Below, one piece after another: positions 15,419 to 24,665 of a DNA stretch of 32,000 nt; the stretch's first letter is position 1; every line of letters starts with the position of its first letter. The stretch is taken from NCBI GenBank assembly GCA_024277355.1, contig JAJRVL010000001.1, positions 1 to 32,000 on the forward strand. Reading direction: 5' to 3'. A program made the translations under genes and the position numbers. The DNA comes from an archaeon (lineage in GTDB: Archaea > Iainarchaeota > Iainarchaeia > Iainarchaeales > 1-14-0-10-31-34). Below the pieces are notes generated by a model, which had not been told where the DNA came from, did no database searches, and saw only the letters and a program-made list of their open reading frames with translations.

Positions 15419-16636
15419 ATGAAAACAGTTAGTGTAATTGGAATAGGAAGAGTAGGACTTCCCTTATGCTTAAGTTTAGCTGAAGCAGGCTTTAAAGTTT
15501 ATGGAATAGATAAAAGACAGGATTATATTCAGACAATTAAAAACAAAGAAATGCCTTTTGAAGAAGACAAAGCAAAAGAATTACTTGAAAAACATGTTAA
15601 TTCAAATTTTATTCCTTCAATTGAATTAAATAAAGTAAAAGAATCAGATTATGTTATTTTAACTATTGGAACTCCGGTTGATGAACACTTAAACCCTGAA
15701 TTCAAGCAGATTGATTCATTAACAAGAAATTTACTTCCATACTTAAAAAAAAATCAAGTAATAATTTTACGTTCAACTGTTTCTCCCGGCACAACAGAAT
15801 ACTTAAAAGATTTAATTGAAAAAGAAACAGAATTTAAAATAGGAAAAAACTTGTTTTTGGCTTTTTGTCCTGAAAGAATTGCTCAAGGAAAAGCAATAGA
15901 AGAAACAAAAGAATTACCTCAGATTGTCGGAGGCATTGATAAAGAAAGCACAAAAAAAGCAACTGAATTTTTTAAGAAATTTACAGTTGAACAAGTTGAA
16001 TCTGATGCAAGAAGTGCAGAATTAGCAAAAATTTTTACTAATATGTACAGATACATTAATTTTTCTATTGCAAATGAATTTATGATTTTAGCTGAAGAAC
16101 ATGAAAGAGAAATTTACGACATACTTCATTTAATTAATCATAACTATAAAAGAGGCGGAGTAAAACAACCAGGATATGCTGCAGGACCTTGTCTTTACAA
16201 AGATGGGTTCTTTTTAATTAACACAATGCCTTTTAATGAATTAATTTCAGTGAGCTGGAAAATAAATGAAACTACTCCTTTATATTTAATTAAAAAAATT
16301 AAAGCTAAAACTGCATTAAAAAACAAAAAAGTTGTTTTGCTTGGAATGTCTTTCAAAGCAGATAATGATGATACAAGAAATTCTTTAAGTTTTAAAATAA
16401 AAAAAGCATTAGAAAAAGAACATGCAGAATTAAAATTCCATGATCCTTTAGTTGAAAAATTCAAAGGAAATTTAGATGAAGTATTAAAAAATGCTGAAAT
16501 TGTAATTATTGGAATAAATCATTCAGAATACAGAAATCTTTCATTAGATTACATCAGAAAACTAGTGAAAAAAGATTGTTTGATTTGCGATATCTGGAAT
16601 GTTTTTAAGCAGAATAAGATTATTTATACTGTGTGA
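15419..16636 (+). CDS. Nucleotide-sugar dehydrogenase (UDP-glucose/GDP-mannose dehydrogenase family; UDP-ManNAc dehydrogenase-like)
   Basis: N-terminal VSVIGIGRVGLPLCLSLAEAGFKVYGID (Rossmann fold). Catalytic Cys context AAGPCLYKDG. C-terminal UDP-binding-type GMSFKADNDDTRNS. Confidence 0.75.
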   Translation: MKTVSVIGIGRVGLPLCLSLAEAGFKVYGIDKRQDYIQTIKNKEMPFEEDKAKELLEKHVNSNFIPSIELNKVKESDYVILTIGTPVDEHLNPEFKQIDSLTRNLLPYLKKNQVIILRSTVSPGTTEYLKDLIEKETEFKIGKNLFLAFCPERIAQGKAIEETKELPQIVGGIDKESTKKATEFFKKFTVEQVESDARSAELAKIFTNMYRYINFSIANEFMILAEEHEREIYDILHLINHNYKRGGVKQPGYAAGPCLYKDGFFLINTMPFNELISVSWKINETTPLYLIKKIKAKTALKNKKVVLLGMSFKADNDDTRNSLSFKIKKALEKEHAELKFHDPLVEKFKGNLDEVLKNAEIVIIGINHSEYRNLSLDYIRKLVKKDCLICDIWNVFKQNKIIYTV

Positions 16637-16640
16637 ATAA

Positions 16641-17768
16641 ATGAAAATACTGTATATTACTTCTGTTTTAGGAAATATTGGCGGAAGCGAAATTTACTGC
16701 AGAGATGTAATAAAAGAAATGCTGAAAAAAGGCCATAAAGTTTTAGTAATTAGCACTGAACCATTTGATTTTAAGCATAAAAACTTAGAGTTTTTTCAGA
16801 TTCCTTTTTTTGGCCATCATGCTTTTCATAAATTTACTGCTCCTTTTTTTTATCATAAAATCATAAAAAAAGCTTTAGAGTTTAAGCCTGATGTAATTCA
16901 ATCTCATAGCAATTCATTAATGGGATGGATCGGAGATAAAGTCAAAAAAGAATTAAATGTACCTCATGTTTTGTTAATTGAAATGATTTCAGCTGACAAC
17001 CATAATCTGCATACTAAAACTATTTTTGCTTTAGAAAAGTTTTTACTGCCAAAATTAAAGTTTGATAAAATTATTGTCTGGACAGAAAACATGAAAAAAA
17101 AGTTTCTGCTTCCTTGGGGAATTAAAGAAAAAAGAATTTCAGTTATTCCTGCTGCATTAAATAAATCAAATTATGATTTAAATGCAAAAGGCAACAAAGT
17201 AAAAGAAAAGTATGGAGAACATTTAATTATTTCAATTAAAAGTTTATGGACAACAAATATTGCAGGATTGCAGTATGTTGTTAAAGCAATGAAATATGTT
17301 AAAGAAAAACACCCTGAATACAAATATTTATGTATTGGACCGGGCGATTCCAGTGCATTACAGAAAACAGCAAAAGAATATGGTGTTGGAGATGTAGTTT
17401 TGTTTCCTGGAAGTATTACAAATAAAGAAAAAAAAGAGTTTTGGGCTGCAACAGAAATTGCTCCTCATTCATATGTATATGAATTTTCAACTGCAATTTC
17501 TTTACTGGAATTTTTAGCTATGGGAAAAGCTTGTGTTATAACTGATGTAGGTGCAGTAAGGGAATACTTGAAAGATTCAGCTTTAATTGTTAAATTAGAT
17601 GAAAAAGCTATTGGAGAAGGAATAAATAAATTAATTGAAAACCCTGAACTGAGAAAAAACTATGAAAAAAAAGCAAGAAAATTATTTGAAGAAGAATATT
17701 CAATTCAGGCAAGCGTTGAAAAATTAGAGAAGATTTATTTAGAAGTGAAAAATAAAGAAAAAGAATGA
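16641..17768 (+). CDS. GT-B fold glycosyltransferase (family 4-like)
   Basis: N-terminal MKILYITSVLGNIGGSE. C-terminal EFSTAISLLEFLAMGKACVITDVGAVREY is the GT4-type donor-binding region. It starts 4 nt after the preceding gene. Confidence 0.75.
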   Translation: MKILYITSVLGNIGGSEIYCRDVIKEMLKKGHKVLVISTEPFDFKHKNLEFFQIPFFGHHAFHKFTAPFFYHKIIKKALEFKPDVIQSHSNSLMGWIGDKVKKELNVPHVLLIEMISADNHNLHTKTIFALEKFLLPKLKFDKIIVWTENMKKKFLLPWGIKEKRISVIPAALNKSNYDLNAKGNKVKEKYGEHLIISIKSLWTTNIAGLQYVVKAMKYVKEKHPEYKYLCIGPGDSSALQKTAKEYGVGDVVLFPGSITNKEKKEFWAATEIAPHSYVYEFSTAISLLEFLAMGKACVITDVGAVREYLKDSALIVKLDEKAIGEGINKLIENPELRKNYEKKARKLFEEEYSIQASVEKLEKIYLEVKNKEKE

Positions 17769-17811
17769 AAAAAATATTAAAAAAAATAATTAATTAAAAA
17801 AATTAAATAAA

Positions 17812-18030
17812 TTATGTCATTTTTGAAAATTCTTCTTTTGTTATTTCTAAAATTTTTATTATTTGCAGTAAAGTTCCTTTCTTTAATTTTTTATGGTTTG
17901 GAATAACCAGCATTTTTCCTTTTTTATTTTTTAGAATTAAATGACTTCCTTTTTGTCTTATTAATTCAAACCCAAGTTTTGATGCAACAGAAATTACTTT
18001 AGTGGAAGAAACAACCGGGAGTTTAGGCAT
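17812..18030 (-). CDS. hicA: HicA-family mRNA interferase toxin
   Basis: A 72-aa protein. GFELIRQKGSHLILKNKKGKMLVIPNHKKLKKGTLLQIIK matches the YcfA/HicA pattern (GSH ... PxH ... G). It overlaps hicB by 8 nt. Confidence 0.8.
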   Translation of the reverse strand: MPKLPVVSSTKVISVASKLGFELIRQKGSHLILKNKKGKMLVIPNHKKLKKGTLLQIIKILEITKEEFSKMT

Positions 18031-18244
18031 TAACTTTCACTTGAGTTTTTTCCACAGAAACAGAATTAAATAACTTTTTAATTTTTGATTTTTTTGTTTC
18101 CTCTAAATACAAGGAAATTGCTTCTCTTATATTTTCTAATGCTTCTTTTTTTGTTTCTCCCTGAGAAATACAGCCTTTTAGAGCAGGAACATAAACAGTA
18201 TATCCGCCTTCTTTTTGCTTTTCAAAAACAATATCAAGATCCAA
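18023..18244 (-). CDS. hicB: HicB-like antitoxin, UPF0150 type, N-terminal domain only
   Basis: GGYTVYVPALKGCISQGETKKEALENIREAISLYLEE is the classic HicB/UPF0150 core. It has a TTG start with AGGTGA (18250-18255, minus strand) 5 nt upstream. No RHH/HTH DNA-binding extension is present. Confidence 0.75.
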   Translation of the reverse strand: MDLDIVFEKQKEGGYTVYVPALKGCISQGETKKEALENIREAISLYLEETKKSKIKKLFNSVSVEKTQVKVNA

Positions 18245-18314
18245 TTAATTCACCTAACAAAATATTGAGTTAATTAGTATAAAAGAATATTGAATGATAA
18301 AAATTTGACTTTTC

Positions 18315-19217
18315 TTATTCTTTTTCCATTTCAAACGGAAAAGAAAACTTTGGTTCTCTAAAAGGAATAAAAGAAGTTTTGTTTCTTTTAGCTCTTTCTG
18401 ATAGGATTAATTTGATGTCTTTAATGTTATTCCAGTAAGCTTTCATTAACCAGAAAAATTGTTTGTCTTTAATGCTTTGCAGAAAAATTAATCCCATGCC
18501 AGGAACAAATCTAAGCAAGTCAATTAAACCTAAATTAAAAAAGAAAGAACGCAGTCTGTGAGTGTTTAAAAGAATGTAATGGTTTTTTGCTTTAATTCCT
18601 TTTTTTGAATCAACAGAAGAAAAATGAACTACAATGCATTTACTGCATTCAATTATTTTATATCCTTTTTTTCTTGCACGAAAATTCCAGTCAGCTTCTT
18701 CTCCGTAAATAGGAGAAAAATGTTCTGCGTCAGTAAAGCCGATTTCTTTAATGAACTTTTTTTTGGTTATCCAGCCGACAGGACAGGTTAATTTTTTTTT
18801 GTTTGGTTTTTTTTTGAATTCTTCAATTAATTTTTTGTTTTTAAAATCTAAAGGAGAAGTTTCTCTTACTCCAACAACAACTAAATTTTCATCTGAATCA
18901 ATTGCTTTAATTAATTCTTCAAGCCAGTTTTCTGTAACAAAAGCATCATTGTTTAAGTGAACAACATAATCTCCTTTTGCTTCCCTATAGCCTTGATTTA
19001 AAGCAAAAGGAAAACCTTTGTTTACTTTGTTTTTAATTACTTTAAAATTTTTTAAATTAAAAAATTCTTTTTCAAGTTTTTGAATGCTTCCATCTTTACT
19101 TCCATTGTCAACTAAAATTAATTCATAAGGCAGAACAGTATTCTTTTTTATTGAGTCAAGACACTGCTTTGTTAAATCAAAAGAATTCCATGTTGTTACT
19201 ACAATTGACACTAACAT
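18315..19217 (-). CDS. GT-A fold glycosyltransferase (family 2)
   Basis: MLVSIVVTTWNSFDLTKQCLDSI...ILVDNGSKDGS...HLNNDAFV. It starts 4 nt after the upstream methyltransferase gene. Confidence 0.8.
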   Translation of the reverse strand: MLVSIVVTTWNSFDLTKQCLDSIKKNTVLPYELILVDNGSKDGSIQKLEKEFFNLKNFKVIKNKVNKGFPFALNQGYREAKGDYVVHLNNDAFVTENWLEELIKAIDSDENLVVVGVRETSPLDFKNKKLIEEFKKKPNKKKLTCPVGWITKKKFIKEIGFTDAEHFSPIYGEEADWNFRARKKGYKIIECSKCIVVHFSSVDSKKGIKAKNHYILLNTHRLRSFFFNLGLIDLLRFVPGMGLIFLQSIKDKQFFWLMKAYWNNIKDIKLILSERAKRNKTSFIPFREPKFSFPFEMEKE

Positions 19218-19221
19218 TAAA

Positions 19222-20478
19222 TCACAATTCAGTCTGGTCTTTGACTATTTTTGGATAAGGCAGAGGAACAATATATTTTCCGCCTTTGCTTTTATGATTA
19301 ATTGTTTTTTCAATTAATTCTTTAGCTATAGTCCATGCAAACAAAACTAAAAAATCAGGTTTAGAGTTTTCTATTTCCTTGCTTGGAAGAATTGGAACAC
19401 GGTTTCCTGCAAAAGCTTTATGTTGTTTTGTTTCAGCATCATCTGCAATAAATTCAATGTAATTAGTTCCTATTCCGCAGTAATTCAGTAAAGTGCTTGC
19501 TTTTGCTGCTGCGCCAAAACCTGCAATTTTCTTTTTTTGTTTTTTTAAGTCTGAAAGCAACTGAAGAAAAGCAATTTTTATTTCAAGGGTTTTTTCTGCA
19601 AAATCAAAGTATGTTTCTAAGTCATATAATTTTTTTTGTTTTTCTTTTTCAATAAAAGAATCAATTACTTCTTTTTTTGTTTTAATTAAATTGTCTTCTT
19701 TGTGTTTAGAAAAAATTCTTAAACTGCCTCCATGAATTGGGGTTTCATGAATATCAAAAATTTCTAATCCTTCTGATTCAAATAAAGTAATTAAAGGTTT
19801 AACTAAAAAATAAGATAAATGTTCATGGTAAATTGTATCAAATTCTGTTTTTTCAATTAAATGCAATGCATAAGGAAATTCAGTAATAAAAACTCCGTCT
19901 TTGTCTAAAACTTTTTTTACTCCTTTTAAAAAAGAATGAACATCATGAACATGAGCAAAAACATTTGATGCTGCAACAACTTTTGCTTTGCCTTGCAGTT
20001 CAGTTATTTTTTCTGCTATTGACTCATTCCAGAATTCAACTAAAGTTGGAATTCCTTTTTCTTCTGCAATTTTAGCTAAATTTACTGCAGGGTCAACTCC
20101 TAAAACATTAAATCCCTGTTTTTTGAATTCATGCAGCATGCATCCGTCATTGCTTGCAATATCTACAACTAAAGAATTTTCTGTATGCGGAAATATTTTT
20201 TTTATGTCTTCAGCCATTGAAGCAAAATGTTTCTGGAAAGTAGAAGAAATTGAAGTTCTGTAAGCATAATCAGAAAAAAGTATTTCTGGTTCAACTACAA
20301 TGCTTAACTGGGATAAAAAACATTTTTTGCATAAAACAACTTCTAAAGGAAAAAACAAGTCATTGTCTGTTTTATTTAATTCAACTAAATTGTTTGCTAA
20401 AGGCAATGAACCTAAACTTAAGTATTTCTCTAAGTGAGTTGAATTACAGATTCTGCATTTTTCTAATTTAAAAAACAA
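19222..20478 (-). CDS. Second NDP-hexose C-methyltransferase-type SAM methyltransferase, paralog of 11974-13188
   Basis: CRIC...CKKC zinc ribbon, VVDIASNDG and GAAAKASTLLNY; roughly 40 percent identical by eye to the first copy. The track ORF runs to 20610 but would overlap the divergent gene. TTG at 20478, preceded by GGGG, gives MFFKLEKCRIC, colinear with the paralog's MKCQIC. Confidence 0.7.
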   Translation of the reverse strand: MFFKLEKCRICNSTHLEKYLSLGSLPLANNLVELNKTDNDLFFPLEVVLCKKCFLSQLSIVVEPEILFSDYAYRTSISSTFQKHFASMAEDIKKIFPHTENSLVVDIASNDGCMLHEFKKQGFNVLGVDPAVNLAKIAEEKGIPTLVEFWNESIAEKITELQGKAKVVAASNVFAHVHDVHSFLKGVKKVLDKDGVFITEFPYALHLIEKTEFDTIYHEHLSYFLVKPLITLFESEGLEIFDIHETPIHGGSLRIFSKHKEDNLIKTKKEVIDSFIEKEKQKKLYDLETYFDFAEKTLEIKIAFLQLLSDLKKQKKKIAGFGAAAKASTLLNYCGIGTNYIEFIADDAETKQHKAFAGNRVPILPSKEIENSKPDFLVLFAWTIAKELIEKTINHKSKGGKYIVPLPYPKIVKDQTEL

Positions 20479-20560
20479 AAATAACCCCTTTTTTTGGTTT
20501 ATAGATAAGAAAACTTGCAGACAACCATTTAAAAATATTTTTAAAACAAAATCTTTTCTT

Positions 20561-21517
20561 ATGAGCGAAAAAATTGTTGTTTCAGGGGGAGCTGGATTTA
20601 TTGGAAGCAATTTAATTGAAAAATTAATTGAAGAAAATAAATTTGAAATAACTGTAATAGATAATTTTTCTACTGGTTACAAGGAAAACCTTGAATTAGT
20701 TAAAGATAAAATAGAATTAATTAAAGCTGATGCATGCAGTTATAAAGAAATAAAAAATGTTTTTTCTGATGCAAAATATGTTTTTCATTTAGCTGCATTC
20801 AGCTATGTGGGAGAATCAATCAAAAAGCCTTTAGAATATAACAGAAATAACATTGATTCATTAATTAATGTATTAAATGCTTCAAAAGAAAATTCAGTTG
20901 AAAAAGTAATTTTTCCCAGTACTTGTGTGGTTTATGGTGAATCAAAAAAAATTCCTATTCCTGAATCAGAATACTTAAATCCTAATACTCCTTATGGATT
21001 AACAAAACAGGCAGGAGAATTTTACTGCAAGTTTTTCACTGAAGTTCATGATTTGAATACTGTTTGTTTAAGAATTTTCAATGCTTATGGTCCAAGAATG
21101 CAAAGCAGAGTTCTTTCAATTTTTGCTAATTTAATGCTTGAAGACAAACAGCCTTATTTAAGCGGAGACGGAAAACAGTCAAGAGATTTTGTTTTTGTTG
21201 AAGATATAGTTAATGGATTAATTAAAGCAATGAATTCAGGAAAAAAAGCAAAAGGCAAGTCATATAATATTGGAACAGGAAAAGGAACTTCATTAAATGA
21301 ATTAATTGAAAAAATTAATTTAGTTTTAGATAAAAACATTAAGCCAATTCATGGAGAAGTTGCTGCAGGAGAAATAGATGAAATTATTGCTGATGTTTCT
21401 TTAGCAGAAAAAGAATTAGGGTTTAAAGCAGAAGTTGATTTGAATTCAGGATTAAAGAAAACAATTGACTGGCTTAAAAAAAAGGATTTAAAGCAAAGCC
21501 AAAAAAGTTATATTTAG
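20561..21517 (+). CDS. NAD-dependent nucleotide-sugar epimerase (extended SDR, UDP-glucose 4-epimerase-like)
   Basis: GGAGFIGSNL; PSTCVVYG and YGLTKQAGE (S...YxxxK). Confidence 0.75.
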   Translation: MSEKIVVSGGAGFIGSNLIEKLIEENKFEITVIDNFSTGYKENLELVKDKIELIKADACSYKEIKNVFSDAKYVFHLAAFSYVGESIKKPLEYNRNNIDSLINVLNASKENSVEKVIFPSTCVVYGESKKIPIPESEYLNPNTPYGLTKQAGEFYCKFFTEVHDLNTVCLRIFNAYGPRMQSRVLSIFANLMLEDKQPYLSGDGKQSRDFVFVEDIVNGLIKAMNSGKKAKGKSYNIGTGKGTSLNELIEKINLVLDKNIKPIHGEVAAGEIDEIIADVSLAEKELGFKAEVDLNSGLKKTIDWLKKKDLKQSQKSYI

Positions 21518-21581
21518 AAACTCAGCAAAAAGTTATATTTAAATCATTTGCTGACTTGTTTTGTATAAACGTGTGTTAAAA

Positions 21582-23573
21582 ATGAATTTTAATTTAAAAG
21601 AAAAAATCAATTCAATTGACAGAAAGCATTTAGCTATTTTGTTATTGTTGTTTTTGCTTGCTTTTGGAATCAGAGCAAATTTAATGAAATATGAATTATT
21701 TTTTGAATTTGACACTTACTGGCATGCAAGAGTTGGAAGTTATATTTTACAGGGAAACGGAGTTCCAGACAAAGATCCTTTAGCTTATTATCAGATGGGC
21801 GGATCAAATATTGGATGGAAGATTGCGCCAGTGTTTTGGTTTTTATCTACTGCAATTTATTCGATTTTTACTTTAGGGTTATTTGGTTATGATAAAAATT
21901 TATGGATTGCATTTGTTAAATTTTTGCCTGCATTTTATGGTGCATTAATTTCTGTTGCAATGTATTTTTTATTTAAAGAAATTTATAACAGAAAAGCAGG
22001 TTATATTGCGTCTTTTATTGCAGCTGTAACTCCTGCTTTTGTTTACAGGACTATGGCAGGACAATTTGAAGATGATGCTTTAGGATTTTTATGGATGGTT
22101 ATTGGATTTTATTTTTTTGTTAAAGCAGTAAAAGAAATGAATTTTAATAAAGAGTCAATTAAAAATGCAGTTCTTTCTGCTTTATTTTTTGGAGTAATGG
22201 CATGGACCTGGGAAATGTTTATGTTAATCCCGTTAATTTTAGTATTTTATGTAATTACAACTTCAGTTTTAATGTGGTTTAATAAAATTGAAACAAAAAA
22301 AATAATTCATTTAATTAAAATTTTTGCAGTAGTTTTTGTTTTATTTGGAGTTATTGCAACAGCAAAAGATAACGGGCAATGGTTTGAAAGAGATGTAGGT
22401 TATATTACAAAATATATTCCAATTAATCAGGAAAACATTGACAGGTTTACAGGAGAAGGCGGAAGAGAAGGAATTTTCGGAATGACTGTAGGCGAAGAAA
22501 ATACAGGAATACAGTTTTTTGGAACAAAATATAATGCTTTGATTATTTTTCCTATTGCTGCATTGCTTATTATTTTATGGAGATTTATTTTATTTCCAAT
22601 AATTAATTTTGTATTTAATTTAAAACAGGAAACAAAATGGAATACATCAGATTATTTTGCTTTTATTGTTTTTTTCTGGGTTGCAATAACTTTGTTTATG
22701 GCTTGGAGTAAATTGAAATTTACTTATACTTTTGGTTTAGCGGTAGCGGTTGGAGCAGGACTTGTAGGTTATTGGTTATTTGAAGTAATGAAAAACAGAA
22801 CTTTATTTGAAAAAAAAATTATTGCAGTTTCACTTGGATTCTTAATGTTAGTTGGAATTGCTTCAGGTACTTTTTTCATGACACAAAACGCTCCAAATAT
22901 TGAATATACTTCAGGGTGGAAACCTGCATTAAACTGGTTAAGCCAAAACACTCCTGAAGACGCAAAAATATTTAACTGGTGGGATGAAGGACACTGGATT
23001 ACTTTTATTGGAGAAAGAAGTGCATTAATTGATAATAGAAATCTTGACTTAAATGCTGATATAGATGTAGCCAAATTTATTATAACTGAAGATAAAGAAG
23101 AAGCAATTAATTTAGTTAAAAAATATAATTCAGATTATCTTGTTTTGGGTTCTGATTTATTAACAAAACAAAATTCAATGGTAGTTTATGCTTTTTTGGA
23201 TGACCCTGAACAAAAAAACGCAAAACTTGGATTGTATTTAGGGCAAGAAATGCCTTGTTCAGTTAATTCAGATAAACTTACAGGAGCAGTAACATATAAC
23301 TGCGGAGGAAATCTGTTAAGTCCCGGACAAATCAATGCTTTTCCAACAAAATATATTACTCAGCCAAACCAATTGTTAAGCGAAAAACTTCCTGTTTTTA
23401 TTTACAGAAATCATACTAATTCAAGACTTTATATGTTTAATTCTGCAGCAAATAAATCAATGATTGTAAGAATTTGGTTTGAAGACCCTGAAGTAAAAAA
23501 TGATTTTCCAATAGTTTATGATTCAACTGATGATAAAAGCAGCGGAGTAAAAATCTTTGAATTTACAAAATAA
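21582..23573 (+). CDS. aglB: Archaeal oligosaccharyltransferase AglB (STT3 family)
   Basis: Multi-TM N-terminal region with an acidic first loop (FEFDTYWHAR). TVGE is TIXE-like. WWDEGHW corresponds to the WWDYG motif. DVAKFII is DK-motif-like. The C-terminal part is soluble. The track's start is TTG 21561; I prefer ATG 21582. Confidence 0.8.
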   Translation: MNFNLKEKINSIDRKHLAILLLLFLLAFGIRANLMKYELFFEFDTYWHARVGSYILQGNGVPDKDPLAYYQMGGSNIGWKIAPVFWFLSTAIYSIFTLGLFGYDKNLWIAFVKFLPAFYGALISVAMYFLFKEIYNRKAGYIASFIAAVTPAFVYRTMAGQFEDDALGFLWMVIGFYFFVKAVKEMNFNKESIKNAVLSALFFGVMAWTWEMFMLIPLILVFYVITTSVLMWFNKIETKKIIHLIKIFAVVFVLFGVIATAKDNGQWFERDVGYITKYIPINQENIDRFTGEGGREGIFGMTVGEENTGIQFFGTKYNALIIFPIAALLIILWRFILFPIINFVFNLKQETKWNTSDYFAFIVFFWVAITLFMAWSKLKFTYTFGLAVAVGAGLVGYWLFEVMKNRTLFEKKIIAVSLGFLMLVGIASGTFFMTQNAPNIEYTSGWKPALNWLSQNTPEDAKIFNWWDEGHWITFIGERSALIDNRNLDLNADIDVAKFIITEDKEEAINLVKKYNSDYLVLGSDLLTKQNSMVVYAFLDDPEQKNAKLGLYLGQEMPCSVNSDKLTGAVTYNCGGNLLSPGQINAFPTKYITQPNQLLSEKLPVFIYRNHTNSRLYMFNSAANKSMIVRIWFEDPEVKNDFPIVYDSTDDKSSGVKIFEFTK

Positions 23574-23609
23574 AAGATTTTATTTAATGATTAAGTGTTT
23601 TTAACGATT

Positions 23610-23619
23610 ATTGTACCAA
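23610..23619 (+). promoter_or_regulatory. ATTGTACCAA motif, copy 2 of 3, at the predicted TSS of the aglH-alg14-alg13 operon
   Basis: Exact 10-mer lying 27 nt downstream of a TTTAA core (23583-23587) and 51 nt upstream of ATG 23670. Confidence 0.45.
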
Positions 23620-23669
23620 TTTTTTATTTAAAACCAAAATTAAGTTTTTAATATAAAAGAAGTGAAATA

Positions 23670-24665
23670 ATGATTCCTGAAATTTTAGCTGTTTTATTTG
23701 TTTTTATTGTAAGTTTTAGCACTACTTTTTTGATTACTCCTTTTATAATCAAAAGAATGCATTTAAGGAAACTAACAGGAAAAGACATGAATAAATTTGA
23801 TAAACCTGAAGTAGCTGAAATGGGAGGCATTAGTGTAATGTTTGGTTTTAGTATTGGAATTATTACTTCAATTTTTATTTCAACTTATCTTGAATTAATT
23901 GAAATTAATTTAACTGTTTTTTTAGCAATGTTTATGACAGTATTATTAATCGGATTTATCGGTTTAGTTGATGATTTAATTGGATGGAGAAAAGGGATAA
24001 GACAATGGCAGCATGCATTATTCCCTGTTTTTGCAGCTTTGCCTTTAATGGCAATTTCTGCAGGAGACACCAATATGTCAATTCCTTTTATTGGAATACT
24101 TGATTTAGGAATATTTTTTTCATTAATTATAATTCCTTTCGGCATTACTGGCGCATCAAATGCATTTAATATGCTTGCAGGAATGAATGGATTAGAAGGC
24201 GGATTAGGAGTATTAATTATTTCAACTTTAGCTTATTTCAGTTTAATGACTGGAAACATTGAAGTATTCTTTTTTTTGATTGCAATGCTTGCAGCAATAA
24301 TTGCTTTCTTAAAATTTAACTGGTTTCCTGCAAAAATTTTTCCAGGAGATTCCCTGACTTTAATGCTTGGAGCAACAATTGCAGCATCAGTAATAGTTGG
24401 AAGCATAGAAAAAATCGGAGTAATGTTAATGGCATTATTTTTTATTGAATTAATTTTCAAAGCAAAACATAAATTTCAAAGCCATTGTTTTGGACTGCCT
24501 CAAAAAGACGGGACATTAAAACCAAGACCTGAAGGAGGTTCTTTAACTCAATGGATAATGAAACAAGGGACTTTTACAGAAAAACAAGTTACAGGAATAA
24601 TTTTATCAAGTCAGGCAGGAATTTGTGTTTTAACAATAATTTTAATCAGTTCAGGGGTAATATGA
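23670..24665 (+). CDS. aglH: UDP-GlcNAc:dolichyl-phosphate GlcNAc-1-phosphate transferase (AglH / Alg7 / GPT family)
   Basis: Polytopic membrane protein. LVDDLIGW; NAFNMLAGMNGLEGG is the eukaryotic/archaeal GPT signature NxxNxLAGxNGLExG; FPGDSL. Confidence 0.8.
   Translation: MIPEILAVLFVFIVSFSTTFLITPFIIKRMHLRKLTGKDMNKFDKPEVAEMGGISVMFGFSIGIITSIFISTYLELIEINLTVFLAMFMTVLLIGFIGLVDDLIGWRKGIRQWQHALFPVFAALPLMAISAGDTNMSIPFIGILDLGIFFSLIIIPFGITGASNAFNMLAGMNGLEGGLGVLIISTLAYFSLMTGNIEVFFFLIAMLAAIIAFLKFNWFPAKIFPGDSLTLMLGATIAASVIVGSIEKIGVMLMALFFIELIFKAKHKFQSHCFGLPQKDGTLKPRPEGGSLTQWIMKQGTFTEKQVTGIILSSQAGICVLTIILISSGVI

Noticed and set aside
20479-20610. 44-codon N-terminal extension of the second C-methyltransferase ORF (track start 20610).
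   Set aside because: It would overlap the divergent epimerase gene start (20561) and remove any promoter space. The paralog begins directly at the zinc ribbon. TTG 20478 with an upstream GGGG gives a colinear start.
24551-24661. 37-codon N-terminal extension of the Alg14-like ORF (track start 24551).
   Set aside because: It lies inside the aglH coding region in another frame. ATG 24662 forms an ATGA stop/start overlap and begins at the conserved first beta-strand and GGH motif.
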